A DNA stretch of 58,123 nt from Nitrospirota bacterium. GTDB taxonomy: Bacteria; JACPQY01. Each line of letters starts with the position of its first letter. Positions within the stretch are counted from its first letter, which is position 1. This document shows positions 9,583 to 20,136 of this stretch, piece by piece. Below the pieces are notes generated by a model. That model saw only the letters and a program-made list of their open reading frames with translations. It was not told where the DNA came from and ran no database searches. Location: the NCBI GenBank assembly GCA_016180645.1, contig JACPAV010000015.1, positions 62,001 to 120,123 of the forward strand. Direction: 5' to 3'. A program made the translations under genes and the position numbers.

Positions 9583-10446
9583 CTACTTCGGGTACCGGTA
9601 GAAGCCGCGGCCGGTTTTCTGGCCGAGGTGGCCGGCGTCCACGTATTTGCGGAGGAGCGGGGCGGGGCGGAACTTGGGATCGCCGATCTCGTGGTGCATG
9701 ACTTCGAGGATGGCGAGACACACATCGAGTCCGATGAGATCGGCCAACGCGAGGGGTCCCATGGGCTGGTTCGTACCAAGCTTCATGGCCTTGTCGATGT
9801 CCTCCGCCGTGGCCAAGCCTTCCTGAAGCGTGTAGATGGCTTCGTTGATCATCGGCAGGAGGATGCGGTTGACGATGAATCCGGGTTGCTCGACACATTT
9901 CACGGCAGTTTTGCCGAGTCTCTCTGCGAGATCTTTCGTGAGCATCTGAGTTTCTTCGCTGGTGTCGAGCCCCGGAACAATTTCCACGAGCTTCATCAGG
10001 GCGGGCGGGTTCATGAAGTGCATGCCGACGACCTTGTCCGGTCGCGACGTCGCGGCGGCAAGCTTGGTGATGGGGATGGAGGAGGTATTGGAGGACAGCA
10101 CGGCATTCGGACGCAGAGTCTTATCCAGCTCTTTGAAAATCGAAAGTTTCAGGTCCACTCTCTCCGTCGCAGCTTCGATGGCGAAGTCACAGGCTTGCAG
10201 GTCGGCAATCTGCGAGGTGGATTTCAACTTCTGCTGAGCGTCTTTCGCCTGTTGTTCGGAGATGACTTTCTTCGCCGCGAATTTGTCCAGCGACTTTCGG
10301 ATGGCCGCCATCCCCTTCTCGATTTGCTTCGGGGCGACGTCGTGGAGAACGACCGAAAATCCGGCGGTCGCGCAGACCTGCGCGATGCCACTGCCCATCT
10401 GCCCTGCGCCAACCACTCCGATGGTACGAACGTCGATCAAAGTCAT
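9583..10446 (-). CDS. hbd: 3-hydroxybutyryl-CoA dehydrogenase
   Basis: GAGQMGSG, SNTSS, GMHFMNP, PGFIVNR, PMGPL, GRGFY. Confidence 0.95.
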   Translation of the reverse strand: MTLIDVRTIGVVGAGQMGSGIAQVCATAGFSVVLHDVAPKQIEKGMAAIRKSLDKFAAKKVISEQQAKDAQQKLKSTSQIADLQACDFAIEAATERVDLKLSIFKELDKTLRPNAVLSSNTSSIPITKLAAATSRPDKVVGMHFMNPPALMKLVEIVPGLDTSEETQMLTKDLAERLGKTAVKCVEQPGFIVNRILLPMINEAIYTLQEGLATAEDIDKAMKLGTNQPMGPLALADLIGLDVCLAILEVMHHEIGDPKFRPAPLLRKYVDAGHLGQKTGRGFYRYPK

Positions 10447-10487
10447 CTGCCTCCGGGCATGATAGTCGCGCGGTTCATTTAGAGCAA

Positions 10488-10630
10488 GCCAGCCATGGAT
10501 GGTGCGGTACTTGCCGCAACGGGCGGAGCGTGATGCGGAGCCTTGGAATGGCAAGTGCCAGCCATGGATGGTGCGGTACTTGCCGCAACGAGAGCGGCCC
10601 ATGGATGGGCGGCGTTGGGACGGCAAGTGC
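10488..10630. repeat. Intergenic direct repeat: two ~34-bp copies plus a degenerate third
   Basis: GCCAGCCATGGATGGTGCGGTACTTGCCGCAACG occurs twice, about 68 bp apart. Confidence 0.8.
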
Positions 10631-10717
10631 GATGACGGCGACCCATCGAGTGCCTCTTCGACGCTTGACTTGGGGACTCAAATCGTCAACAACTGCACGA
10701 AGCTGGAGGCCTGAGTG

Positions 10718-11140
10718 ATGAGACGAAAACTGATGGTCATGATTCTCGTGACGGCATCGTTGGCGGCGTGCGGCGATGCCTATGAGGGAACGGATTCGAG
10801 CCCCTGCACGGTGGTTGAAGCATCATTCGGTGTGATCCAATCGGAAGTTTTCTCGAAGTCGTGCGCGTTTTCCGGATGCCACGGGCGCGGATCCAAGAAT
10901 GCGGGTCTGAACCTGGATGCGAACGGTGGCGACGTTTATGAGAATCTGGTCGGGGTTGATTCAACGGAAGTGACGCTGAAACGCGTGGCTGCGGGGGATC
11001 CTGAGAACAGCTACCTCGTCAAGAAACTCGAGGGCAAGGACATTGTGGAGGGCCGTATGCCGCTCACGGGCGCCAAGCTCCCTTCGTGTAAGATCCAAGC
11101 CGTTCGGGACTGGATCGCCGCCGGCGCGCCGAAGAACTGA
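10718..11140 (+). CDS. Lipoprotein with atypical CX4CH c-type heme motif
   Basis: LAAC lipobox; CAFSGCHG...GDPENSYL...RMP...WIAAGA. Confidence 0.7.
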   Translation: MRRKLMVMILVTASLAACGDAYEGTDSSPCTVVEASFGVIQSEVFSKSCAFSGCHGRGSKNAGLNLDANGGDVYENLVGVDSTEVTLKRVAAGDPENSYLVKKLEGKDIVEGRMPLTGAKLPSCKIQAVRDWIAAGAPKN

Positions 11141-11235
11141 CCGGTATCGCTTTCCCGCGGCGGGTATGGGGCGAAAAGGGGAGCCAGGCTTCCCCACCGA
11201 CTTGATTGGTTCATCCCGTGTGTTAGTATCACCTC

Positions 11236-14200
11236 GTGTTATGTGGGGTTAGGAGCGGGCTGCGCGGTGTTCCCGGCGCACAAGTCGCCTTGGCGCGCCT
11301 TCAACCTGTGCGTTTCGGGTCGGTTCTCTTTCTGAGCTTCCTCTTTTCGGCCTGCGGGGACGGAGGTTCGCCGCCACCTGACCTCCCATCCGGAGAACCG
11401 CAAGCCGTTTCCGCTTCTTCACCCGACCCGCCTGACACGATGGCCACCTGTCCCTCCGATGCCTCGGATGGAAACAGCGTGTCGGTGGGTTTCTCCTCAC
11501 CCGTTTCGGGTGCGGCTTTCTTCTGCAAGTTGGACAACAAGGCAGCCGTGCCGTGCGCCTCGCCGTTCGAAACGGGTCCGCTCGCGGTGGGCGCTCACAG
11601 CTTGACCGTGGGATCGCGGGACGGGAACGGCAACACGGATCCCACGCCGGTCACCTGCCAATGGTCCGTGGCGCGGGATGCAAACTCGGAAGGGACCAAG
11701 CCGCCGTCGGCCTCTGATCTGGGCGCTCCTTCAAGTGTGAACATCGTGCCGGGGAATGGGTCGATGACCCTGAGTTGGACGGCCGTCCCACAAGCTGTGA
11801 GCTACGAGATTCTCTACAACACCCAAACCTTTTTTGTGGGACCGGAAGGGGGGGTCGTCACCGCTTCGAAGTCGGTGGTGACGACCGCCACCCAGGTGAC
11901 GATTGCGGATCTTTCAAACGGAACGAAGTATTTCTTTGCCGTTTTTGCGATCGATTCGGCCGGAAAGAAGAGCGGAGCCTCCACCGAGGTCAGCGCGACG
12001 CCCGTTGCACCGGTGGTCACGGCTCCCACCGATACGACCGCGCCGATCTTCCTGGGATTGACGTCGGCCGCCTCCCTTTCCAGCACCCAGATCAATCTCG
12101 CCTGGACGGCCGGGAGCGACAATGTGGCCGCTCCAGCGGACCTCAGTTACAAAATTTGCCAAAGCACGACTTGGGGGGCGTGTCAGACGGCGTTCGCGGC
12201 GACGTACACAACGACGGCGGGGGCCACAAGCTATTCGGTGACCGGTCTTACGGCCTCGATGCTTTATTACTTTGTCGCGCGCGCGCAGGACCCTGCGGGA
12301 AACACCGATGGCAACACGATTCAAAAGAGCGCGACGACGCAGGCCGGTGCGGATACGACACCGCCGACGTTTTCCGGGATTTCCTCGGCCACCGCGGTTT
12401 CGAGTAGCAAGATCAATCTTGCCTGGTTCGCGGCCTACGATGGCGTCACCCTGACCAGCGCCCTGGTGTATGACGTTTGCCAATCCACAACATCAGGCTC
12501 ATGCGCATCGAGTTTCGCAGCCACCTATTCCAGCTCGGCCGGCGCGACGGCTTACTCCGCAACCGGCCTCACTCCGGACACCCCTTACTACTTTGTTGTC
12601 CGCGCGAAGGACACGGCGGGCAATCGCGATACGAACACCGTGCAGAAAAGTGCAGTGACGAGTGTGACGCAGGTTGCCCAAGCAGTGACCGCCCACATGG
12701 GGGGCCACTCTTGCAGCCTCCTGGCGGACGGCTCGGTGAGTTGTTGGGGAATCAATACCTACGGCCAACTTGGGGATGGTACGACCGTGAACAAACTCAC
12801 CCCTGTGGCCGTGAGCGGCCTGTCCACTGCCTTGGCGGTGTCAGGGGGCGACTCACACACCTGCGCCCTTCTTTCCGACGGCACGGTGAAATGCTGGGGA
12901 TACAATTTCTACGGTGGGCTTGGGGACGGGAGCACGGCCCACAGATCGACCCCGGTGGTGGTGAACAGCCTCTCGGGCGCGGTGGCCGTCGCGGGGGGTG
13001 GATCTTACACCTGTTCGCTACTGTCCGATGGCACGGTGAAGTGCTGGGGGTACAACAACTCGGGCCAGCTTGGGGACGGGACGACAGTGGGCAAATTGAC
13101 GCCCGTGGCCGTGAGCAGCCTCTCGGGTGCTGTGGCCGTTGCGGGGGGCGGCACTCACACCTGTTCCCTTCTTTCCGAGGGGACGGTGAAATGCTGGGGG
13201 TACAACAACTCGGGCCAGCTGGGGGACGGGACAACAGTGTACAAATCGACGCCCGTAGCCGTGAGCAGTCTCTCGGGCGCCCTGGTCGTCGCAGAGGGCA
13301 CCTCGCACACCTGTTCTCTGCTTTCCGATGGGACGGTGAAATGTTGGGGGTACAATGTCTCCGGCCAGCTGGGGGACGGGACGACGGCGGACAAGTCAAC
13401 CCCGGTAGCCGCGAGCAGCCTCTCGGGCGTAGTGGCCGTTGCGGGGGGCAACAATCACACTTGTTCCCTCCTTGCGGACGGAAAAGTGAAGTGCTGGGGG
13501 CGCAATGATTTTGGCCAGCTTGGGGACGGGACGACGATGAACAAGTCAACTCCTGTGACCGCGAGCAGCCTCTCGGGCGCCGTAGCCGTCTCAGGAGGTG
13601 TCTATCACACCTGTTCCCTTCTTTCCGAGGGGACGGTGAAATGCTGGGGGGGCAACGGGTACGGTCAGCTTGGGGATGGGACGCTCGTGAGCAAATCGAC
13701 CCCTGTGACCGTTCCCATAACCGGGGGAGCGCTCGGCGTGATTTCGCCCAACCTCCACGAATCCGCCGCATCCGGCGCACCGGCGCGGCCCTGGCGGGAG
13801 GGCTTGAGCGGTGGAATGGATCATTCTTGCGCGATCCTTTCGGATGGCACGGGACGATGCTGGGGGGAAACTACTGGTACCAGTTAGGCGAAGGGAACTG
13901 GGCCTACGACGACAAGTCCGTCCCCGTAGTGGTGACGAGCCTGAGCGGCGCCGTGAGCATCACGGGAGGGGTCTACCACACTTGCGCACTGATCGCGGAT
14001 GGTACGGTTCGGTGCTGGGGGTATGGGTCCTCCGGCCAACTCGGGAGCGGGGGAACCTCGTCGAATGTGGCTCCGACGGCGGTCTCTTCTCTCTCCGGCT
14101 CGAGCGGAGTCTCAGCGGGCCAGATCCACACCTGCGCGCTTAAGTCCGACGGTACGGCCAAATGCTGGGGGAACAATCTGTACGGTCAACTGGGTGACGG

Positions 14201-14849
14201 AACGTCAACCAATAGAACAACGCCCATAAGCGTCACCTCGCTGACCGGCGTGCTGGCGATCTCGGCAGGGGGTTCTCATACGTGCGCCCTGCGCGTCGAC
14301 GGAAGCGCCATGTGCTGGGGGGCCAATGACTACGGACAGGTAGGCGATTCGACGTCGGCGAACAAGAGCGTTCCCACCGCCGTAACGTCCCTCTCCGGCG
14401 GCGTCGCGGTGGTCGCGGGTGGCAGTGGGTCGTGCGCGCTCTTGGCCGACGGCACGGTGAAGTGCTGGGGACGCAACAACTATGGTCAAATCGGAGACGG
14501 TACAACGGTGGACCGTCTGTCACCCACCGCAGTCTCGGCCCTCACGAGCGCCACCGCCGTCTCCGGAGGCCAGTCCCACAACTGTGCCCTGATTTCGGAT
14601 GGATCCATCAAGTGCTGGGGGTATAACGCCTACGGTCAGATCGGAGACGGCGCCTCCGTGAACCGCACGACGCCCGTTGCCGTTTCGGGGCTGAACTCCG
14701 CCGCGTCCGTAACCGCGAGGGGTTCTCATTCGTGTGCCCTGCTTTCAGACGGGACCGCAAAGTGCTGGGGCCGAAACAGCTCGGGCCAAGTTGGCGATGG
14801 AACGTCCATCCAGCGGCTGGTCCCCACTCCCGTGACAGGGTTGCCATAG
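11236..14849 (+). CDS. Lipoprotein: Ig-like + 3 FN3 + two 7-bladed RCC1 propellers, with a frameshift in a G run at 13862-13867
   Basis: FSAC lipobox (start may be GTG 11308). One extra G restores CWGGNYWYQLG and joins ORFs 11236..13887 and 13641..14849. Confidence 0.85.
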
Positions 14850-14866
14850 CCGATGAAATCAAACAG

Positions 14867-17182
14867 ATGAATCGTCTGGACGCGGGCGCCATCCGAGTAT
14901 TGTTCTGGGTCGGCATGGCGGTGGTTTCCTGCAAGATTGACGCCTCCAGCGTGGTCAGCGAATCGTTGGTCTACGGGAAGATCACGGATGGCGATGGGAA
15001 TCCCCTGGGCGGAGTGCAGGTGCAGGCTCTCCTCGGCGGACGGATTGAGAAGTCTGCCTTCTCGATGACGGTTGACGATCCTTCCTCGATCGAGGATGAT
15101 ACCGGCGCCTACCGGGTCTTCGGCGTGCCCGGAGGAGACGTCCAAATCCGATTCACCCGGGAAGGATTCGCGCCGAAATTCCACAGCATCACACTCGCGC
15201 AAAAGAACCTTCGATTGGATACCACTCTGGTACCGATGGATGGGCGTCTGAAAATAAACGTTCAGAGCATTATCGGTCCACAGGCCGGCGCCAAGGTCAT
15301 TGTAAGCCACCCGAACTACGACCTGGCATCGCCGTCTGCTTCTCCTTCGCGGGGCATCGAGGCGCGGCGAGCGAGCCCTCGCACGCGCTCCACGGGATCG
15401 GATGGGATCGTGAGTTTCGACGAATTGCCCGCCGACGATGGCTTTGTCGTCACCGTGCCGGACGTGGACCTCGACAACGACGGCGTGGGGGACATGGAGG
15501 GGGGCAAGCAAACGGCCAACCTCATGAAATCTTCGCCCTCCGTGGCGCGCTCGCTCAACTTTTTTCTCAACAAGAAGGTGACCTACACGGGTACGCTTTC
15601 CGTTCAGGTGTACGGCGTATCGGGGCCGGTACCTGCGGCGACCGTGACCCTCGTGAACTCCGAGCACGGTCTGACCACGGAACGCAAGACGAACGAACTC
15701 GGCGTGGCCGACTTTTCGTCCCTCCCCACCACCACGGGCTACCAGATCTACGTCAGTCCTCTCGACACGGACGGCGACGGCGAATTCGACTACGAGGCTT
15801 ACATCCACCCCATCAACGACCTCAACGAATTCGGCGACAGTCCGGGCGTCGCGTCCACCTTTGCCCTCAACACCTACACGGGAACCACGGTCAAGGTCCG
15901 GCTCAAGCGGGCGGCCACGTTTCGAGTGGTGTACACGGACATCGGGGCGGACGATGCCGTGGCGCCGGGTGACAAGATCAGCATTCTTTTCTCGCATGAG
16001 GTGGAGAAGTTGAGCGTGGATGAGCCCAATCAGGATCTCTTCATGGCCGCCGATCTGAACCGCGATGGATCATTCGACTGTTCGGTGGACTCGGCTTCCT
16101 CCTCCGAGTGCATCCCGTTCAAATCGGCCTTGGACAGCAGTCCCGGAACGAAACTGACGATCGAATTTGTGGAGAAGCCGCGCGCGGGGTTCCGGTACCT
16201 GCTCGATATGGGATTTGTGTCCTCGACAGCCGGACAACTCCTACAGTGGGACGATCCCACGAATGCCTCCCTGATGTTCTGGGTGAGGTCGGGTGCGAGC
16301 AAACCGACCAGCCCGACGATAGCCCTCTGCTCGGTCTCGGCGCTCAGTTGCAGCACCCCCGTGGCTACGGCGATCAATTACAACACCGTGCCGGATCTTC
16401 AGTGGCCCTCCGTTGCCGGCGCCCTCGAGTACCGCTTGTACGCCAAGAATTCGAAGGGCGTTACGGGGTGGGTGCGCCTGGCCTCCTTCGCGCCGCGCTA
16501 CCCGGAGGGCACGGAATTCATCACGGACAGTCAATACACCATGCCGAGCGTGTTTCTGATCTATCCCACGCTGCCTACGAGCATCTTCGGCGGGTCCACC
16601 TCGGTCACGTATGCGGTCACGGCCGTAAGCTCGGATGGAATCGAAGGCGACATCGATGCCTCCCGCGCGTTGGTGCTGTCGGACAAGGTGGCGCCGCTCA
16701 ACTTCGGCACGATCATGACTTCCACGGACCAGAGCGTCGTACCGGGGCAGGATGGGTCAAAAATCAGGGCCAGCAGCAGTTCCGCCGACAACACCAAGTC
16801 CACGGATACGGGGGTGACTCCTCCCACGGACTCAAAAAAAATCCAGGTGATTGTCCGGACCTTCCTCGAACCGATGAGCGGTTCGGTAAGCATCGATGTC
16901 ATTGAGGAGGGGACGGCGGGCTGTCCCGCCTCGGGCGCAGCCAATGTGGAGTCGCTGTCGAAGCCGAGCTGGGTGTGGGGGCCGTTGGCCATGGAGGGGG
17001 TCATGGACATCACCATCGGTTCGAACAGGGACAACTCGGGTGACTGTCTCTTGTTGAAATTCGACGGGATCAGCGACGCGTCTGGAAATCGGGAATCGTT
17101 GACGACCCCCACCTCGAATCCCAACCCGACCTACGGCTTTCTGGTGTGCAGCGGGGACGTCTGCATCTATCAGCTGGATTGA
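14867..17182 (+). CDS. Lipoprotein with carboxypeptidase-regulatory-like/Ig domains and DxDxDG calcium-binding motifs
   Basis: VVSC lipobox; GKITDGDGNPLGGVQV; DLDNDG, DTDGDG, DLNRDG. Confidence 0.7.
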   Translation: MNRLDAGAIRVLFWVGMAVVSCKIDASSVVSESLVYGKITDGDGNPLGGVQVQALLGGRIEKSAFSMTVDDPSSIEDDTGAYRVFGVPGGDVQIRFTREGFAPKFHSITLAQKNLRLDTTLVPMDGRLKINVQSIIGPQAGAKVIVSHPNYDLASPSASPSRGIEARRASPRTRSTGSDGIVSFDELPADDGFVVTVPDVDLDNDGVGDMEGGKQTANLMKSSPSVARSLNFFLNKKVTYTGTLSVQVYGVSGPVPAATVTLVNSEHGLTTERKTNELGVADFSSLPTTTGYQIYVSPLDTDGDGEFDYEAYIHPINDLNEFGDSPGVASTFALNTYTGTTVKVRLKRAATFRVVYTDIGADDAVAPGDKISILFSHEVEKLSVDEPNQDLFMAADLNRDGSFDCSVDSASSSECIPFKSALDSSPGTKLTIEFVEKPRAGFRYLLDMGFVSSTAGQLLQWDDPTNASLMFWVRSGASKPTSPTIALCSVSALSCSTPVATAINYNTVPDLQWPSVAGALEYRLYAKNSKGVTGWVRLASFAPRYPEGTEFITDSQYTMPSVFLIYPTLPTSIFGGSTSVTYAVTAVSSDGIEGDIDASRALVLSDKVAPLNFGTIMTSTDQSVVPGQDGSKIRASSSSADNTKSTDTGVTPPTDSKKIQVIVRTFLEPMSGSVSIDVIEEGTAGCPASGAANVESLSKPSWVWGPLAMEGVMDITIGSNRDNSGDCLLLKFDGISDASGNRESLTTPTSNPNPTYGFLVCSGDVCIYQLD

Positions 17183-17183
17183 G

Positions 17184-18149
17184 ATGAGGCCGTCTCGAAG
17201 GCGGAGCGCGCGGCGGTGGGCCGCCGGTGTCGCTTGCGCTGTGGTTCTGGGTGTCCGGGCCGCTGAGGCATCCGCACAATCCAGCACGCCGACACCGGTA
17301 TTTGTCGTGGATGGCTCGAACAAATTGGTTTCGATGGATCGGGTGAGAGCGGCCGTGGAGTCGGCGGGGTTCTCCTTGAACGGCATCCGGCCCGCGAAGA
17401 AGAAGACGGACAAGACCTATGTTCTGTGCGAAGAAAGCGCCAAGTCCGAGGCCGTGCGCCTGGTCGATCAACTCGGATTGAGCGCGGAGATTCTGACACG
17501 GGGGAAGATAAAGCAGGCTCCGATCATGCTCGTCCTGGGGGCCGACTGGGCCGATCCGCCCGGACCCAAGAAGACCGTTCGCAACACCAAGCGGCGCCGA
17601 TCCCGATCCCTCCCTTGGATGGTTGGTCTTGCGGCAGGGTTCATTCCCGTCGGCTCGCTGACCCAGGACGAATTGGGGGAGCAATCTTCTTATTCCCAGT
17701 CGATGGACGTGGGGCCGGAGCTGACGATCGAAAGAGTTTGGGCGCGATGGATTTCGACGGGGTTGGCCCTGTCATCCCTGGTTACTTTCCATGCCGAAAC
17801 GGAAAACCTCAATGAGCCGGAGGCCAGTTCGAATCTTGGCCAGCAAATCATGCTGGCTCCCTACCTGCGCGTTTCACTTCCGGTGGCGGATGAATACACG
17901 GCGTTTGCGAGGGGAGGGATCGGTCCGGCCTACTTTCGGCCGAACGGCGACGAGGAGACGCAAGCGGCAGGCTACTCAGGCTCGGCGGGCGTCGGTGCGA
18001 TGTGGTCCGCGAAAAAAAAGAAGTCACTCCGCCGGTGGAGCGTGCTCGGTGAAGCCTCGGCGCACTTCACGCAGTTCTATCCCTACATTATCAACAGTTG
18101 GACACTCTACTACGCCCGGCTCGGCTTGGGCGTGGGCTATCGGTTCTAA
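17184..18149 (+). CDS. Secreted protein: LytR_C-like domain + C-terminal outer-membrane beta-barrel
   Basis: Signal peptide; IMLVLGADW; C-terminal RLGLGVGYRF barrel signal. Confidence 0.55.
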   Translation: MRPSRRRSARRWAAGVACAVVLGVRAAEASAQSSTPTPVFVVDGSNKLVSMDRVRAAVESAGFSLNGIRPAKKKTDKTYVLCEESAKSEAVRLVDQLGLSAEILTRGKIKQAPIMLVLGADWADPPGPKKTVRNTKRRRSRSLPWMVGLAAGFIPVGSLTQDELGEQSSYSQSMDVGPELTIERVWARWISTGLALSSLVTFHAETENLNEPEASSNLGQQIMLAPYLRVSLPVADEYTAFARGGIGPAYFRPNGDEETQAAGYSGSAGVGAMWSAKKKKSLRRWSVLGEASAHFTQFYPYIINSWTLYYARLGLGVGYRF

Positions 18150-18195
18150 GCTCGACTTTTGCCATTTTTTGAAAGGTTTATGTTGGTCATTATGC

Positions 18196-18247
18196 GTAGG
18201 GGAGGGTCTTCAGACCCTCCCGACAAGAGGGAGCATCTGAAGATGCT
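18196..18247. repeat. GTAG-type REP doublet, second unit degenerate
   Basis: GTAGGGGAGGGTCTTCAGACCCTCCC...AGCATCTGAAGATGCT. Confidence 0.7.
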
Positions 18248-18253
18248 ATTCTG

Positions 18254-19546
18254 TTAGAGGCTCTTAACTTCGCAGTAGACGGGGATGAGCCACTCGGGGC
18301 TCCGTTCTCCGAGGATCAGATCGGGTGTCAGCCGGGCGCATACGCCGGCGAACCGTCCCCCGATCACGAATATTCCAAGGTTGAGCCGGAGGTCCCCGTA
18401 CTTGGCCAACCCCAACTCGCGCGGCGCGCGGAAAGGCGGGGGTAGCACCAGTTTCTGGAGAGCGCCTTCTCCGCGCCGGGCCTTTGCAACCAAGCCGAGC
18501 CACGATGCGCGATTCAAATGTGCCCCCAGACGGATTCCCTTTCCCTGGTTTCGATCGGCCGGCTTGTATAGGTAATCGTTCTGTTGGCGGATCGCCCGGT
18601 CCGCAGGAGGTCCGATGAGAATTCGGGGAATGTGCGGTTCCAGGCGTATTCGCTCTTTGGGCGGCAGCGAGTCGAGCGCCCATTGGAGGGACGCCTTGTG
18701 AAAGCCCGGATCGGAGTGGAAGGACCCGACGACGCAAATGGCTTTCGAGCGGTACGCCGCGAGGAAGGACCTGAAGTCGTGAGGCCGCGTGAAGATTTCG
18801 CGGGAAGTGGCGCGGCGGTAGATGATGTCGATGGGCGTTTTACCGCGGTAGAGCCGACCAGCCCGGAAATTCAGCTCTCGCGGATCGACCGTCATGCTGG
18901 GCAGGCCGCGGTCCACCAGGTAGACCGCGATGTTCGTTTGGTCCTGCCGCGTCTTAACTTCGCGGTAGTCCATGATGGCCACGAGAGGATTTGACTTCGG
19001 GCGTCGTCCCGAGGTCGCGCAAAACTGCCGGTAGGATTCGAGGAGGGTGTCCAGGAGAGCTTGTCTCACGGAGAGAGATTCGAATCGCCGGGCGTGCGAA
19101 CCGAGGAACGGCCCCATGACTTCGAGGTAGTGGCTGTTCAATCGATCGGAATAATCGATGTAGGCCGTTCCGTCCGTGTTGATTTCCAGGAATTGAGGCC
19201 CTCGGGTCGTCCAATACGCATCAATTCTGGCGATGGGGACGGCGCGTGGGTAGCCGGCTGGCGCAGTTACAAACTCCTCTTGAAGCCGAGAAAATCCCAT
19301 GCCTTGTACTCTTCTCTCCCGTAGCCTTTGGCGGGTGAAGGACTCCAAACCCCCGGCAACCGCGGAGGATAGCCGGCGGAGAAGGTTCGTTTCAGAAGCG
19401 GAGAGGACGAGGGGCAGTCCGAGCAGGGGAAGGGGTTTGTTGCCGTACTTCAGGCGGGCCGAATTCGGCGATCTTCGAAAGGGCTGGGCATTTCGAACCA
19501 CGAAGCCCGCCTGTGCGAGGGGTAATACTTCGTGCAACCAGTACAT
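18254..19546 (-). CDS. Circularly permuted ATP-grasp / glutathionylspermidine-synthase-like ligase
   Basis: ARIDAY...FLEINTDG, IDIIYRR, KPADRNQGKGI. Confidence 0.75.
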   Translation of the reverse strand: MYWLHEVLPLAQAGFVVRNAQPFRRSPNSARLKYGNKPLPLLGLPLVLSASETNLLRRLSSAVAGGLESFTRQRLRERRVQGMGFSRLQEEFVTAPAGYPRAVPIARIDAYWTTRGPQFLEINTDGTAYIDYSDRLNSHYLEVMGPFLGSHARRFESLSVRQALLDTLLESYRQFCATSGRRPKSNPLVAIMDYREVKTRQDQTNIAVYLVDRGLPSMTVDPRELNFRAGRLYRGKTPIDIIYRRATSREIFTRPHDFRSFLAAYRSKAICVVGSFHSDPGFHKASLQWALDSLPPKERIRLEPHIPRILIGPPADRAIRQQNDYLYKPADRNQGKGIRLGAHLNRASWLGLVAKARRGEGALQKLVLPPPFRAPRELGLAKYGDLRLNLGIFVIGGRFAGVCARLTPDLILGERSPEWLIPVYCEVKSL

Positions 19547-19685
19547 GGTGATTTAGGAGTGGACAATTTACGGACAGGAATCCTTTCCCACGACCCGATG
19601 GATGGCGTGAAATCGGCGGGGCAAAGACTCGCGGACGCTCCAGCGCAGTGCTATCCGTATCTCCGTCGGATGGCACTCCCTGGAG

Positions 19686-19725
19686 AAAGAGAAAAGCCGC
19701 GCCCCAAGCGGAGCCTGGGGCGCGG
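19686..19725 (-). terminator. Rho-independent terminator
   Basis: 10-bp stem CCGCGCCCCA/TGGGGCGCGG followed by a pyrimidine/U tract on the minus strand. Confidence 0.6.
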
Positions 19726-19741
19726 GGAAGTTGTGACTGCC

Positions 19742-19945
19742 TTACTTCGGCTGCTCAGCCGGAGCTTCAGCCGGAGCTTCGGCCGGGGCGCCCTCAACCG
19801 GTGGGGCTGCCTGCTCCATCGGAACCGGGGCTACCGCCTCGGCAGGGGGCATCGTCGGGGGAGCCGAAGACTCCTCCGCTTGCTTGGTGCAACCGGCAAC
19901 GCTCATGACAAAGAAGAGCGCCGTTGCGGAAATCAATTTCTTCAT
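19742..19945 (-). CDS. Small Pro/Ala/Glu-rich lipoprotein
   Basis: AAGGAGG RBS; VAGC lipobox; PAEA repeats. Confidence 0.8.
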   Translation of the reverse strand: MKKLISATALFFVMSVAGCTKQAEESSAPPTMPPAEAVAPVPMEQAAPPVEGAPAEAPAEAPAEQPK

Positions 19946-20136
19946 GTGGATTCCTCCTTCGTTGGAATATCGGCCGGGATTACCCTTGCCGACGGTGAAT
20001 TGGGCAGGTCGAAACCCCCGGGGGGGTCAGTTGAACCAATTCTTGATGCTGACTCATTTATGACGCGGCGCATTATAGGTAGAGCCACTCCGGATGTCAA
20101 GCCTAACCGCGATAAAAAATTCCTGTTTTCAGGGCG

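Noticed and set aside
10488-10630. Mini-CRISPR
   Set aside because: Only two full copies; the intervening sequence pairs with the repeat; no cas genes.
19950-20040. Riboswitch upstream of the small lipoprotein
   Set aside because: Some pairing potential, but no riboswitch consensus I recognise.
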